Positions 52,001 to 64,000 of a stretch of 64,000 nucleotides of DNA are shown here, in pieces. Numbering within the stretch: the stretch's first letter is position 1; each line of letters begins with the position of its first letter. Under the pieces are notes generated by a model that worked only from the letters and a program-made list of their open reading frames with translations, ran no database searches and had not been told where the DNA came from. The stretch is from Raillietiella orientalis (lineage: Eukaryota): NCBI GenBank assembly GCA_036172245.1, contig JAYWIR010000011.1, forward strand, positions 682,001-746,000, in the 5' to 3' direction. The translations under genes were made by a program, and so were the position numbers.

Positions 52001-54310
52001 CAAAATTAATATTGCATCATATACAGAAATAGCTCACTGAATTTTTAAATACAAATACTCAAAATAACTGTGCAATCAACTTTGTATTGTTTGCCTGCTA
52101 ATCATTGACATAAGAAAACAATTATGAAACATACATCTGTACAAGGTCACCTGCAAATTAAGGAAATTGAGAGATTCCATTTTTACTTAAACTTACAATT
52201 CCTAAATAGTAATGGATTGGATCGTTGTTGCTGAAAGGCCAAAGTTACCTTCAAATTGAAAAAGCTCCTTTGAAAGTGAATAGGATTCAGTGTAGTTCTA
52301 CTGGTTTATTCCAAAACGACTATTTCATAAAAGTAGGAAAACATTGCTACTCTAGATCAAAACTATTTTTATGCATGTTACTACCTAAGCACAACACTCA
52401 CTGATTTCTACTATTCCTTGCAACAAACAAGGAGGATCTACACAAATCAGAACTGGAGTATTTGTTTTGTAAACTTAATTACAATGCTGCAGAAGATTAA
52501 TAGATTAAATCTGCTGCAGCACTATAATTAATTTATTACCTTCTTTTCAAAGTAAAACTGAGATAGTCTATTCCAAAAATGAAATGGAATGTAAAGCTAT
52601 AACCTTTACAACTTTCATCATATTAGAAAACAAGAAACTCTATTATAATTTATCTCCAAATTACCAGATGCTGATCATAATAAACAAAAACCAATAAACT
52701 AAACCTTATAAATGTTTTGAAATTCCTCATTTCCAATTTCTTTGAAATAACACTGGCTGAAAAAACTCACATGCTTGTTTAACAAAGTCACACTAAGCAG
52801 TATGAGAAACTGCTTAGTGTGACCACAGCTATTCATGACTATCTCTAACTGCAGATGCAACTGATGCAATCCACAATGCAATACAAGTGTTTAATTGTAT
52901 AACTGAATACATAGCAATGCACAGTTACTATGGTATAAAAATTTTGTAAGACAATGAAAATTATTTGTCAGATTAAAAACAAGGATAAAGTTTCTTTTAA
53001 CCTGATATTGTTATTCAAGTCTTAAAGAACTTAATAACTCTACATAACATTAAATTGCTAAGATCGAGAGCAAGTACAAAAATAAAACGAAATTTAATTC
53101 TACATATTGAATGGATGAAGAACATACTGAAATATTTCTTCCTTCCTTAAACTTCATATTAATGTTTTTGATGTCAGTGATGATATAACTTTCCAAAAAT
53201 GCTCTTAAATTCTTATCTTGACATTTGAATAAACTGAAGAATATTTGATACAATGGCAATGGTTCTATTAATCCTTTGCTTCTCAGTATAATCAGAGACT
53301 TACATAAAACCTACAACATTTATGAAAACATATTCATAAATGATGCTTTCATACCAAACGCACTTCAGCATCCATTTGGAGGCCATACTCTTGCAAAACA
53401 TCAACCAACTGTTGTGGATACTTACATAAGTCTTTAGTGTAATGTGATGCAACCTAAAATTGTTTACAAAAAGTTTTTACACACGATGACAACTTACTAA
53501 ATGAGATCTGACATCACATAAAAATCACATTATGACATTTTTGAACTACAATGCATATTCTTTCAATGCAAAATACGAACTACTTGCAGCTAACATTTCT
53601 TAAGTAAACAATGATTGGCTTTCAACCTTAAGAGGTAAACGTTTCTTAAAGTACAATTTACTAAATGGCAACAATTGTTTGAAAGTTTCTTACAAATCAT
53701 GGTTTTTAACTGAAGCAAACCACAATAAGGCAGCAGAAGGTTTTAATACAAGAAAAAAAAATGTAGGAAAACATGAATGCAAAATATCATTGTCAACTTA
53801 ACCTCAAATGCAATACTTTTTCCCTAAAACGTTGAATAGCATGATAATATCGAGGAAAACATTCAGTTCTTAATGGAACTGCATTTTTGGCACAATTTGC
53901 TTGAATATAAACTGTATTAAATAAGGCCAGAAAACCGTACATGACAATGGCAAGCAAGTATTCCAACTCCTGGATTTTCAATATAAAAACGCCTCAATTT
54001 CAACATTTATCAAGTTCAAAACTTTGTTCTAACACATCTTTTTCAACCATTATATATAACAAATACTAACCTGGGCTAAAAATAGCGGAATTTTTTGGAT
54101 TTCATCGGTTTTTTCGTTAGTGTCGAGAAGGAAAAGTTGCAGAATGTGCTCAAAATGATTGAGTTGTTGAAGGAACTGCAAATACATATCAGGAAAGCGA
54201 TAAAATTTTAATGTATTCACCTCATCTCTGTAGGATATAGGATCCTTATTGATAAGAAACTGAAGTTGTGCTAAGTTCGTAGGTAAATGCAGAATATTTT
54301 TCGCCCTCAT
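49033..54310 (-). CDS. SDAD1: Protein SDA1 homolog (60S ribosome biogenesis)
   Basis: Multi-exon: [119 protein letters not shown]. Last exon 49086-49033 (MRFRNAVSKMKRKLRKM*). Confidence 0.93.
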
Positions 54311-57300
54311 CCCTAAGCATAGACCACCGTCCTATGTAACACATGGGAATCCTACGCAGGAAACACAATGTTTTCAGATACACATGGTATATTGTTTTGT
54401 TTTATTTTTCATTCTATAGATCCAATATACGAACCACAAACTACAGGGGGAAAAAACGCATTGTATTCTATCTCCAAATTAGCACATGCAAATGTGCAAT
54501 AAATTCATTCGTAGTATGAGCCTTATAAGCATTAATTTCACGAGTAATAATGCCTAACCTATGCAAAAAAAAAAAAAATCTATGTCCAGAAAATAGAACG
54601 CAAAAAGCACATAAATTATGAGAGAATATTCATGATTGTAAATAAGAAAATATCTATGAATCTATCTTATGAAACGAAATTTACAAAGGCATGCAGCGAA
54701 TGTCTCCCATTAGATCGACCGATAGTACCATGAAAATGCTTCATAATTTAAAATAGTTTACAAAATTTTCGATGCTTCACTCCACATACGGCCATATTCA
54801 AATAAAAGTGTAGTAAAACAAGTTTCTTGATAATTGAATGAAGTGCTTGCTAAATGAAGATTCTTCACACATGACCTAAATTTTTTATCAGAAAATACTT
54901 TTAGAAGATCCAAAAAGAGTCTCCTATTCACAACACTCGCCATGGACTTTGAAGCTGTGAGTAAAAAAGTAAATGAAGGAGGTTCTATATAAATACAATT
55001 ACTATACACACATCCATGTAAATACATGGCATGGCTGTGAAAAGATTCATAGTTTCCCTCCACGAAGAAGTCACATCGATCATCTAGATCTAAAAAACTG
55101 ACGTTTAATAAGTAAAAGGAAATCTCAGTCGTAACTTGTGCTTTTTAATATAGGTCAAAGGTTCCGATAAACCGGATTTGAATTATTCAACCATGCAATA
55201 AACTATTACAGATTTACAGAATACTCAAATTATGTTTTAAAAAAGAGATTTTTTCCCCATCTCCAAAGTGTAACTAATGCATAGAAGAGTAAACCGCAAA
55301 TAAAAAGATGCCGTTGGTTCTATGAAAAAAAGACTGCCAAGCAAATACCATGCTTCAAATATGAACAGCTAAAATTTTGTCAGGAGAAAAGCATTAACAG
55401 GATGAAAATATAACTATATATAAGATTTCCTAAACTTGAGTGTTCGGTTTTTGCATAAGGTTGTCATAAGTAGGTCGAAAGCGCACCAAATTTTGAAGAA
55501 TTTCTAAATTTTTAAAATTAAACTTAGACGTTATACGAAAATTTTTCATCGTTAAACGAATATATCAGTAAGTTCATTTGATCGTTTATCAAGATCAAAT
55601 GAGCTTACTAATATATTCGTTTTACGTTTTTAGCAGAAATCTTAAATTCTCATTGCAAGGAGCTCTATGAGAACTTTAATTTCCTTACATAGAAGCCCTA
55701 CGTTTGGAGACTGCTCTTTAGAGTTTGAAAGTTAAATTTATATCTTTATTAAATAAGAATCAATTTGCTTGATTTAAAAAAAAAAGGCTTAGGCAGTATT
55801 ACTTCGTATTCATTTAATACTCATGGTTCAAAGTTTACAGAATTCGTTTCTTAGTTAAATGAATTATAAAATTAGTAGGCATTTGTTTTTTGTTTGCAAA
55901 ATGTTTATGCATGAGCACTGCTAAAATTGTTTCATAGATTCTACAAATCCAATTTTTTTTTGTATGGGCAGAAGACGCAGTATGCAGTTTGTAGCCTTTT
56001 AGCTTTATCATTTATTACATAATGTTTTGAAAGGAGAGATGAAAGGCACGAAACATCATAGGTTAATTTTCACTTACCAATTGCAGGTGAATTTACTTGG
56101 ATCATCAATATGGTCTGTAGAAGGATTTTTGCCGATATTTCATGAGCATATAATCATTTGTTGAATTGCTTTGATGATAAGAAAGAGGTTCATCTAGTTT
56201 CCCAATGAGAATGCAGACAGAAATAAGAATACAACGAGCCTGTAAAAGAAAGTCTGAAGCATTATAAGGAAAAGAACACACCAAAAGAATTAATTAGCAC
56301 TAAAAATAAGCTACACCATTAAGTTAATTACGAATGTAGTTCTAAATCGTCAGGCACATCATGTAATGTTAAAATATATAAGGAGCTCCCATAGAGTATG
56401 ATATTGCAATGCTTAGAGATGAAAAGAGCTGCAGATTCTTTCAGAATATGTCATTGTAAATTTCTTTTGAATTGTTGTAATCCTGTTGAAGGAACTTCTA
56501 ACAATTTATTTAACATGAAGTCTCGGAAGCATTATTCTTCCAGCTACAGCTTGTCTGATGGAGGGTAATTCCATCGGTAATTTCTCGTCTCCGTGGATGT
56601 TGGCTCTCTTGTTTTGAAAGCAACGTGGGTTTGGTCCTCGTGATTTTGCAGTTTCGTCAGTTCAGTGTACATGTTTAAAATATAAGTTTTCGGAAGTGAA
56701 GCAAATTACGATTATGTATGAGAAATACCAAGAGTTTCCCATTTATGATCAAAGTTTGCAGACTCGAAGGTAGAATCAATTTTTCTCGAGCACTTCATTC
56801 TGAGAGTTGGACTTTGTTGATGGCCCACAAACATCATGAAACAGCCAAAAATTCAGATTCTGCTCCAAAATTTTGACCCTTTAAGAAAGCTATCACTGTT
56901 ATTCCTAGAACTTCTGGCACTGAGTAGTGTATAAGTTTTTTATTTGCAATTGCGAACTTTGGCAAGTTTTACAGATGTTATTTCCCCTTGAAGGGGCAGC
57001 ATTTGCGAGAAATGCTATGGTTGGTGTTTGCGAATAGAAACTTTGTTGTTTGGTGAAGAAGACAATGCTGCCTTTTCTATGAAACAGGTTACTGAATTTT
57101 GTATACGCTTTCAGAAACTCGTTTTGAAACATTTATCAGTTTATCACTTTGGTGCTATCTTTGGGAGTACTATTTTAACCTGTTTACATATGTCATTGTT
57201 TTGTAGGTTTTCTTTTTATTTTTGGACAAATCGTTCTCTGCCCAGAATGATTTTATTAGAAGTTAGATGAAGAAAGTGCCTACACATTCGATGCCTACAC

Positions 57301-57364
57301 TACAGTTGGAACTTAGCAGGAGGCACTTTCCAAATAGGATTTCGTGTATGGATAGAAAACAGAA

Positions 57365-60300
57365 ATGTTTACAAAACACGGTGCTTCAGTGAATGTAATC
57401 CTAGAAGAAGATTTATCAAACAATCCATCGTGCAAACATGGTCTGTTGAACTTGTTACTAAGTTTTCCTAGTTCATATTTTCGAGCATTTGCGTTGCACT
57501 TTCTGTGATTGAAAAAATCATTATTTTAGGACCCACATTGCTTTTTGAAACTGTGAGAAAAGGAAAGAAAGTAAAATTTTTTGCCTGTTCTGCTTGTAGA
57601 AACCGAAAAGATTGCAATTTTTTCCAACTTTATGAGGATTATTTTCGAGAAAAGAATAAGACCAAAAAGAAGCTTGTGGACATTCAGTAAGAGTTTTTAC
57701 TCAATTACATTTCAAACTGTAATTCAATGTAATAAGCATTTGTTACATTATGTTTGTTGAATCCTTTATTTTAATTAATATATTCAGTGATGAAGCACTC
57801 TTGCTAATTAATATTTTCACTAATTAAATTTTTACTGTGAAGTGTTCAATTTATATATTTTGTTTCCTTGTAATATGAGAGCAATCATGTGGCTGTTTAT
57901 AAAAGCCTGTCTGTTTTTCAGCAAAAATGTGAATTATCGAGTAAACCATTCAATTGGTAATTGTCAATTTTGTCACACATGTCAGGAAATCATACACCAG
58001 CAGCAGCTGTTAGGTGATCATAAATCTCATCATGTGATAGATAATACTCATGAAGACATGAAGTTTCCTACAAAAGTAACTTTTTCTGTGCATTGTGTTC
58101 AAAGTAATTGATTGTTTATGTTAGAGATCGATACCTATCATCAAAATATTTTCCTACATTTTTTAAAATGTGATGATAAAAAGTACTTTTACGGAGACAA
58201 AAATTAATAGTGCTGTCAATCGTTTTTGTTTTTGTTTTTTGTGATCTTGTTAAATTTTGAATATATTTTTAAATAAATTCTGTAAAACATTTTAAAAGTA
58301 GTAAAATTTTATTGCTATATAGCTAAAATTAAAATCAGTTCCATTTGTTATGAATTGAATTCAATAGATTGCAGAATTTCTTTCAAATCCGTAAGAATGC
58401 ATTATTAAATGTTATTTTAAAGTAGGCTACATCAAGAAGTCATAAGATATTTGTATGTACAGTACAGAAATCACTTTGAACAATCATTTTTCATAAAAGG
58501 TACCATGAAGGTGTTTCAAATGTGGATGTAGTTGAAAGCGAAATGGATGCTCCTAAGTTTGTAGGAGGGCGTTTTTTTATTGTACAAGTACTGAAATGCA
58601 TTATAAAATGCGATTTGTCATGTGTATGTGTACATTTAATTGTCATGAATTAAGAAAGGTGAAAAAATCTTGGAAAAATTAATGCGAAATTGGCTTATTA
58701 AGTGGAGCTTATTGAAGTGTGCTTTAATGCTTATAATATTAACAGACTGAATTATTCTAATCAACTCTTAATACTTTTGAAATATTATTTGTTTTTTATT
58801 TTACTGCATCTTTAGCATATGTTTTTTAGCTATTAAAACCCATTGAAAATTCTAAGAAAGAAGCACAATTTTATTTTACAAATTCTTCAGCAGAATTTTT
58901 AGCAAATTGTTTTGCTAATTGTGGTTTTCAAAAAATACTATGTATTGGTACTCCTAGACTGTTTGAAATCCTTAAGCATAGGAAGGTTGAAAGTCTGCTG
59001 CTAGACATTGACAATCGATTTGTGAGTTTCATTTTACCAATTTTATTTCATTTTTTTTTGTCCATGTTGTTTGTCATTGTTCTAATTCATCACACAATGA
59101 TGAACAAATTCATAATTAAATAGAGCATAAATTGTTTTTGCAGCTTTTTTTTGATTTTATTGAAATGTAATTTTCTTATTAATGTAATCTTCCATGTCAG
59201 TTATGAAAGCAGTAAAAGAAACAGTTTTTTCTATTTCTCTGAAAATAATCAGTTTTTGGTGAACTTTGTTTATGTATGAAAATTGTGTTACATAACTGGT
59301 TAAAAGTATTGTCTGTGATAGTATTCTTAACAGAATATTAATATGTTTGATTTAATATTTCGTATTTCATGCAGTTCATTTGGCTATTAATAATGAAACG
59401 TTTCTTTACATACACTTTGTTTTCATTAGCTTCCGTGTTAATGAATGCCCACTAATTTAACCAAGTGCACTTTTTCTCAAAGTTTAAAGGAGCATCAAAT
59501 TGAAGATACTGATTCTCTTGTAGATTTTGGGCTTTGTGAAAATGAATTTGCAGCTTCATAATTGCTTTTTCTATATGTTATTATCTTAAAAAATGAACAA
59601 GAATTGTAATTTAGTGAATCAGAACCACTTTTGATTAAGCATTTTGTGTCTTTCAGGGATGTTTTTACACAGCAAATGAATATGTGCGGTACAATATGTT
59701 CAATCATTACTTTCTGCATGGTGAAGAAAGCAAAAGTTATTACCTATCATTTCTTCGGAACTCATATTGTGTGAAATCTAAAATAAAGTCTCTGTGTGTC
59801 ATACTGGATCCACCATTTGGTGGAAGAGTAGAAGTTCTAGCACATACAATAAAGCTAATTACAGAAGATTGGCAGAAACAGAATCTGGCTGATTGCAAAG
59901 TAGAACTTCCTGGTAGATCACGTTTCTGTAGATATTGGATGCTTACATGTATCATTTGTATTATAGTGCAATTTAGCATTTTAAAATTCTTTTGATAACT
60001 AAAGACGTGCTATAGCTAACTTATGACATTTTGTGAGATTTATTGAGTTGTATTGCTTTCACCATAAATCATTTTTAAATTAGCCATCCTCGTTAAAGTT
60101 GATCTAGAATGTGAGGTGAATTTGAGATAAATGCTATAAGGGTAAATCCATCCTCTAATGTAAATTTCGTTCAAATGTCTATTTTCAGCCTTTTAAGAAT
60201 AAAAGTCTTGAAATATATGAATCTCTTTTTATACATACATCTTCATCTAACATTTCATTCAATAAGTATAGTGAGAAACTTGAAAATCTGATGTGGTTCA

Positions 60301-61459
60301 AAGTAATTCTTTTAGAATGAATCATTAATTTTGGTATATTATTGTTAAATATTCCTATCATCAAAATTCGGCTTATGACTTTGATGCATTTCAGTGTTTC
60401 TTATATTTCCTTACTTTATGGAACCTCATATTGTGAAGAATTTCAATAATTTTGTCATGCTGCATTACAAGGTGTCTTATGAAAATCATATTTCATTTGG
60501 TTTGGGTGAGTGATAAACATTAAAAAAGAAAAAATTGCTTGTGGTATGTCTCCTATATCTTACTATGTATGTTTAGTGTATACGTTGTACTTGGCAATTA
60601 TTAATGTAATAAACTGTCATAGTTAAAACTTAATTTTAATCATAAGTCAATTGGAAGCGTTCTTGTGTTATGTGCATATTGTTCTATTGAATAGTATACT
60701 TTATATGAAATGGTTTTTGCTTTTATTGTATTCATTTATCGGCCGAAGTCATTTGATTTGATAGTGCATTGTGTGATTGGTTTTCCTTTAACTTTATGGA
60801 GAATATAATTACTTAGAGAGTGTTTTGAATGTTAAATAGAAAGAATCTCCAATATTTTTGTTTTAAAAAAGGATCAGAAAAAAAAAATTTACATATGAAT
60901 TAGTGTAGTTTCTATTAATGGTTTTATCATTGCGTTACATTTTAAATACTTATTTGCTATATTGAATTTCATCTTTCAGGCAAAAGACAGCGCAAACTAG
61001 GATCACCAGTTCGAATTTTCACAAATTTTCCAGCAAATTTGATTACTCTCCCTTCGAATGAAGGTTATAGGTATGTCATCCAGAGGGTTGATATTCTAGA
61101 ATTAAGCAGTTGTCATTAGATTCTGTCAGCATTGCAACAAGTGGGTTCATGAAAACAATGTTCACTGTGATGAGTGCCAGGGATGCATGACAAAAGTAAT
61201 AAATAAATTATTTTTTGTTGTTTCTAATTAGAATCCATAGGATGGCAAAACTTACAGACATTGTGTGCCTTGTGCAAGATGTGTCAAACCTTCCTGGAGA
61301 CATTGTGACTTCTGTCAACATTGTTATCCTGCTGGACACTGCTGCAAAGATTTTCTTGATGATGCATGCCATATTTGTCACAGCAAAGATCACAAGAAAA
61401 AATATTGTCCAAATAAAGTTTGCAGTATTTCTTTTCCTAAGAGAAAGAAAATAAAATGA
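57365..61459 (+). CDS. ZCCHC4: 28S rRNA N6-adenosine methyltransferase ZCCHC4
   Basis: Exons encode a GRF-type zinc finger (PSCKHGPTLLFE...[17 protein letters not shown]), [35 protein letters not shown], catalytic [22 protein letters not shown] and C-terminal Cys/His repeats. Confidence 0.94.
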
Positions 61460-64000
61460 ATATAATACAGGTTTGTATATCTTATAGCATTGAAATGCTA
61501 CTGAGATAGGTTTGTCAATATAAATTACTTCTTATTGATGATTCAACGCAGTATGGATTTTTAATATCCATACCGTGTTTTCAAAGTTCCTTTATTTCGA
61601 GTAAACTTTATTGCATACAAATGGATTTTGCTTAAGCCATTTAGAAATAATGGATGTTTCGTCTAAATTTGCCTTCTGATTTGCAACTACATTTTTCATT
61701 TGTGAATTTTTTTTTTTTTTTAATTATATTAGAACTGTTTGGTGGCACTTTCATGAAAAATTAGGAGGAAATTAGGATGTAGAAGCACTTGCTAAGAGCA
61801 GAAAAGCCAAATTGCTGATGAGATAAAATCAAGAAGAAAAAAAATTTGATTTCAGAGGTGTTGAAATTCACTTTTAAAAATGATTAAAGCAGGAAATAGG
61901 AATTGTGTTCATCTACCCAAATTATTGTTTCATATGAAAATAAATAGAATTGTGTTATAATATGAGCAGTAATCGCATATCATTGAGTCGCTTTAGGAAT
62001 TAGTAAGGACCAAAACAAACATTTTCTGCATCTTTAAAAAGATGTGGTACATTTTTGGGAAATTGGAGACTTCGAAAAGTGTTTTAGCATTCAAAATAAG
62101 AAACTTTAAAACTGCCATGGAATTCAGAAATTCGCCTAAACCCTAGTACTGAACTGCTATCCAGTTCCACTGTATGGCGGAATTCACGAATTGTTTTGTT
62201 ACTGGGAACGAACTTCTGTGGAAACTTTGCTTATTTCATTTTATCATACGCCAAGCGTGGTTTAAAATTAAGTCCTTTTTGTGTGTGGTTTAATCAAAGC
62301 ATGAATGGATTTTCACAATTGTGATATGTGTACACATTTCCGGGTGCTAAAAAGTGCTGTGAAATTGCAAATCTGAATCAAACCGCATATTTATGGCCCT
62401 CGAACCGGATTTTTTTTTATATATATATAACGGCCTCATGTCTGTTAAAATACTCAGCATGCAAGTAAATTATTGTTATTCTCGAAAATTTGGTGATAAA
62501 AAGTTATTTGGGAAAACACGTTTATATTTAGTGAAAGCATAACCATGATGTACACAAGGTATCTCCGGTAAACTTATGAAAATAAGGAAATCTCTACTGC
62601 AGATTTTAAATAGGTGCACGTATATGCACTCCGTTCCATGACCTCGTGTTGTTAATTCTAAAAAACAGCGGCATTGGATTGCTTTAAGAATTATTCAGAA
62701 TTTCGTGAAGGCGTAATGCGTTTTCTCAGCATTGGGTAACTTTGTAAGATATGTCTTGCAAATGTATACAGCACACCTGTATGGATTACACAATAGTAAT
62801 CCTTCCGATAGTATTTATCCTTTGCTATTGAGGTTTTCGTTTTTGTTCTTACTATTTACTATGTTTTTCTGAGACATTTAGGAATATTGAACATAAAAAA
62901 CAACAGCAACATGAAAAGGAGCTTAAAGGCCATCACCTAAAGTTTCGTGTAAGAGTTCGGAAGTCTAGGGCTTCCAAGCACTTAAGAAACTCTCAACCCA
63001 TCATCCTCTCTCAGCATTTCTTGCCAAAGTCACATGAAGACTTTTCTATTTCGTGTTGAGGTTTTATGGCAAAAATTTTTTCTAGCTTAGTTTGACTTTT
63101 ATTTGACTTTAACTTTGAACCATGCTTAATTCACAGCATTCCTAATTTCTGTTCCGTAAGCGAAGCGCTTGATTGCCAAGGTTGCTTGAAATTTTGTGCA
63201 TACTAATATCTATCAACTGAATGACTGATGAGACTGCAGAGCATTCTGCAATTTCTTACCATTTAGTGATTCAAGATGGATCTATTTTTGAAGGTCATCG
63301 ATTTCTGTCGTTATTTATAAACGTGTTTTTGAAAAGTTGATGGTTTTAATGCATGGAGAATTTTGCTCATTTGCATAGTAGCCATGCATTTATAGAAATG
63401 CCCAATGAAACTTGAAAAATATTTTGCTTTTGAAAAACATTTTCTTATATATTATGTAAACGGATGTTACATAAGTAGTTCCTGTGTACTACATGAAGAT
63501 ATTATAATATCTTGCTACATGTAGTAGTTTCGTAAACAAGTACAACTAACTGGAAGGAATCTTTTTTATCATTACATTTGATTTTTTGGAGTTGCTGTAG
63601 GTCTAAATCGATCTCAGTAATTCTTTAAGTATGCTCCATTGAACATTTTTACTTTGAAGTTTGCAGCCCATCAGAAATCGACAAAAAGGCCTTTTGTATG
63701 ATACTTAAGCAAAAATCAATTTCTAAACAAATTTTCGTTGAAATCATGAGAATCCTGCAGGAGACTGGTTTCCATATCCGGTATTGTGCAACATATTGAA
63801 TAACTTCGTCATTAGAACGAAAACAGCAAGAGGATTACTGAGTCTCATGAATGCAATATACTCATATGAAAACGTTCAAGTTAAAATTCTCACTTCGAAG
63901 GAGCAGCGTACTTCACTCTTAATTAAAACAATACCAGATACAAGTATTTCAGAGGGCATTTTTCAGATTTCAATTAAGCTACCAATTTGCTTATGGATTG

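Overview
Eukaryotic (animal, arthropod-like MYPT sequence) gene-dense window with many very short introns (about 38-70 nt). Six multi-exon genes were traced by hand: MYPT1/Mbs (+, 5' end outside the window), cytosolic alpha-mannosidase MAN2C1 (-, 9149-34697), an AKAP7-like 2H phosphoesterase (+), TBC1D15/17 (+), SDA1 (-) and ZCCHC4 (+). The standout is MAN2C1. It is bracketed by two ~1.43-kb direct repeats (8257-9686, 34610-36038) in which I saw only one 1-nt difference. Each repeat holds the gene's own tail-to-head junction: last exon, AATAAA, spacer, ATG and the first ~29 codons. The 26.35-kb unit therefore looks like a linearised circle or tandem unit. Its 3' two-thirds is GC/CpG-rich in an AT-rich neighbourhood, and its enlarged introns hold several hairpin-dense blocks of unknown origin. 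Assembly artefact cannot be excluded from sequence alone. Most GC-rich ORFs in the supplied track are shadow ORFs.
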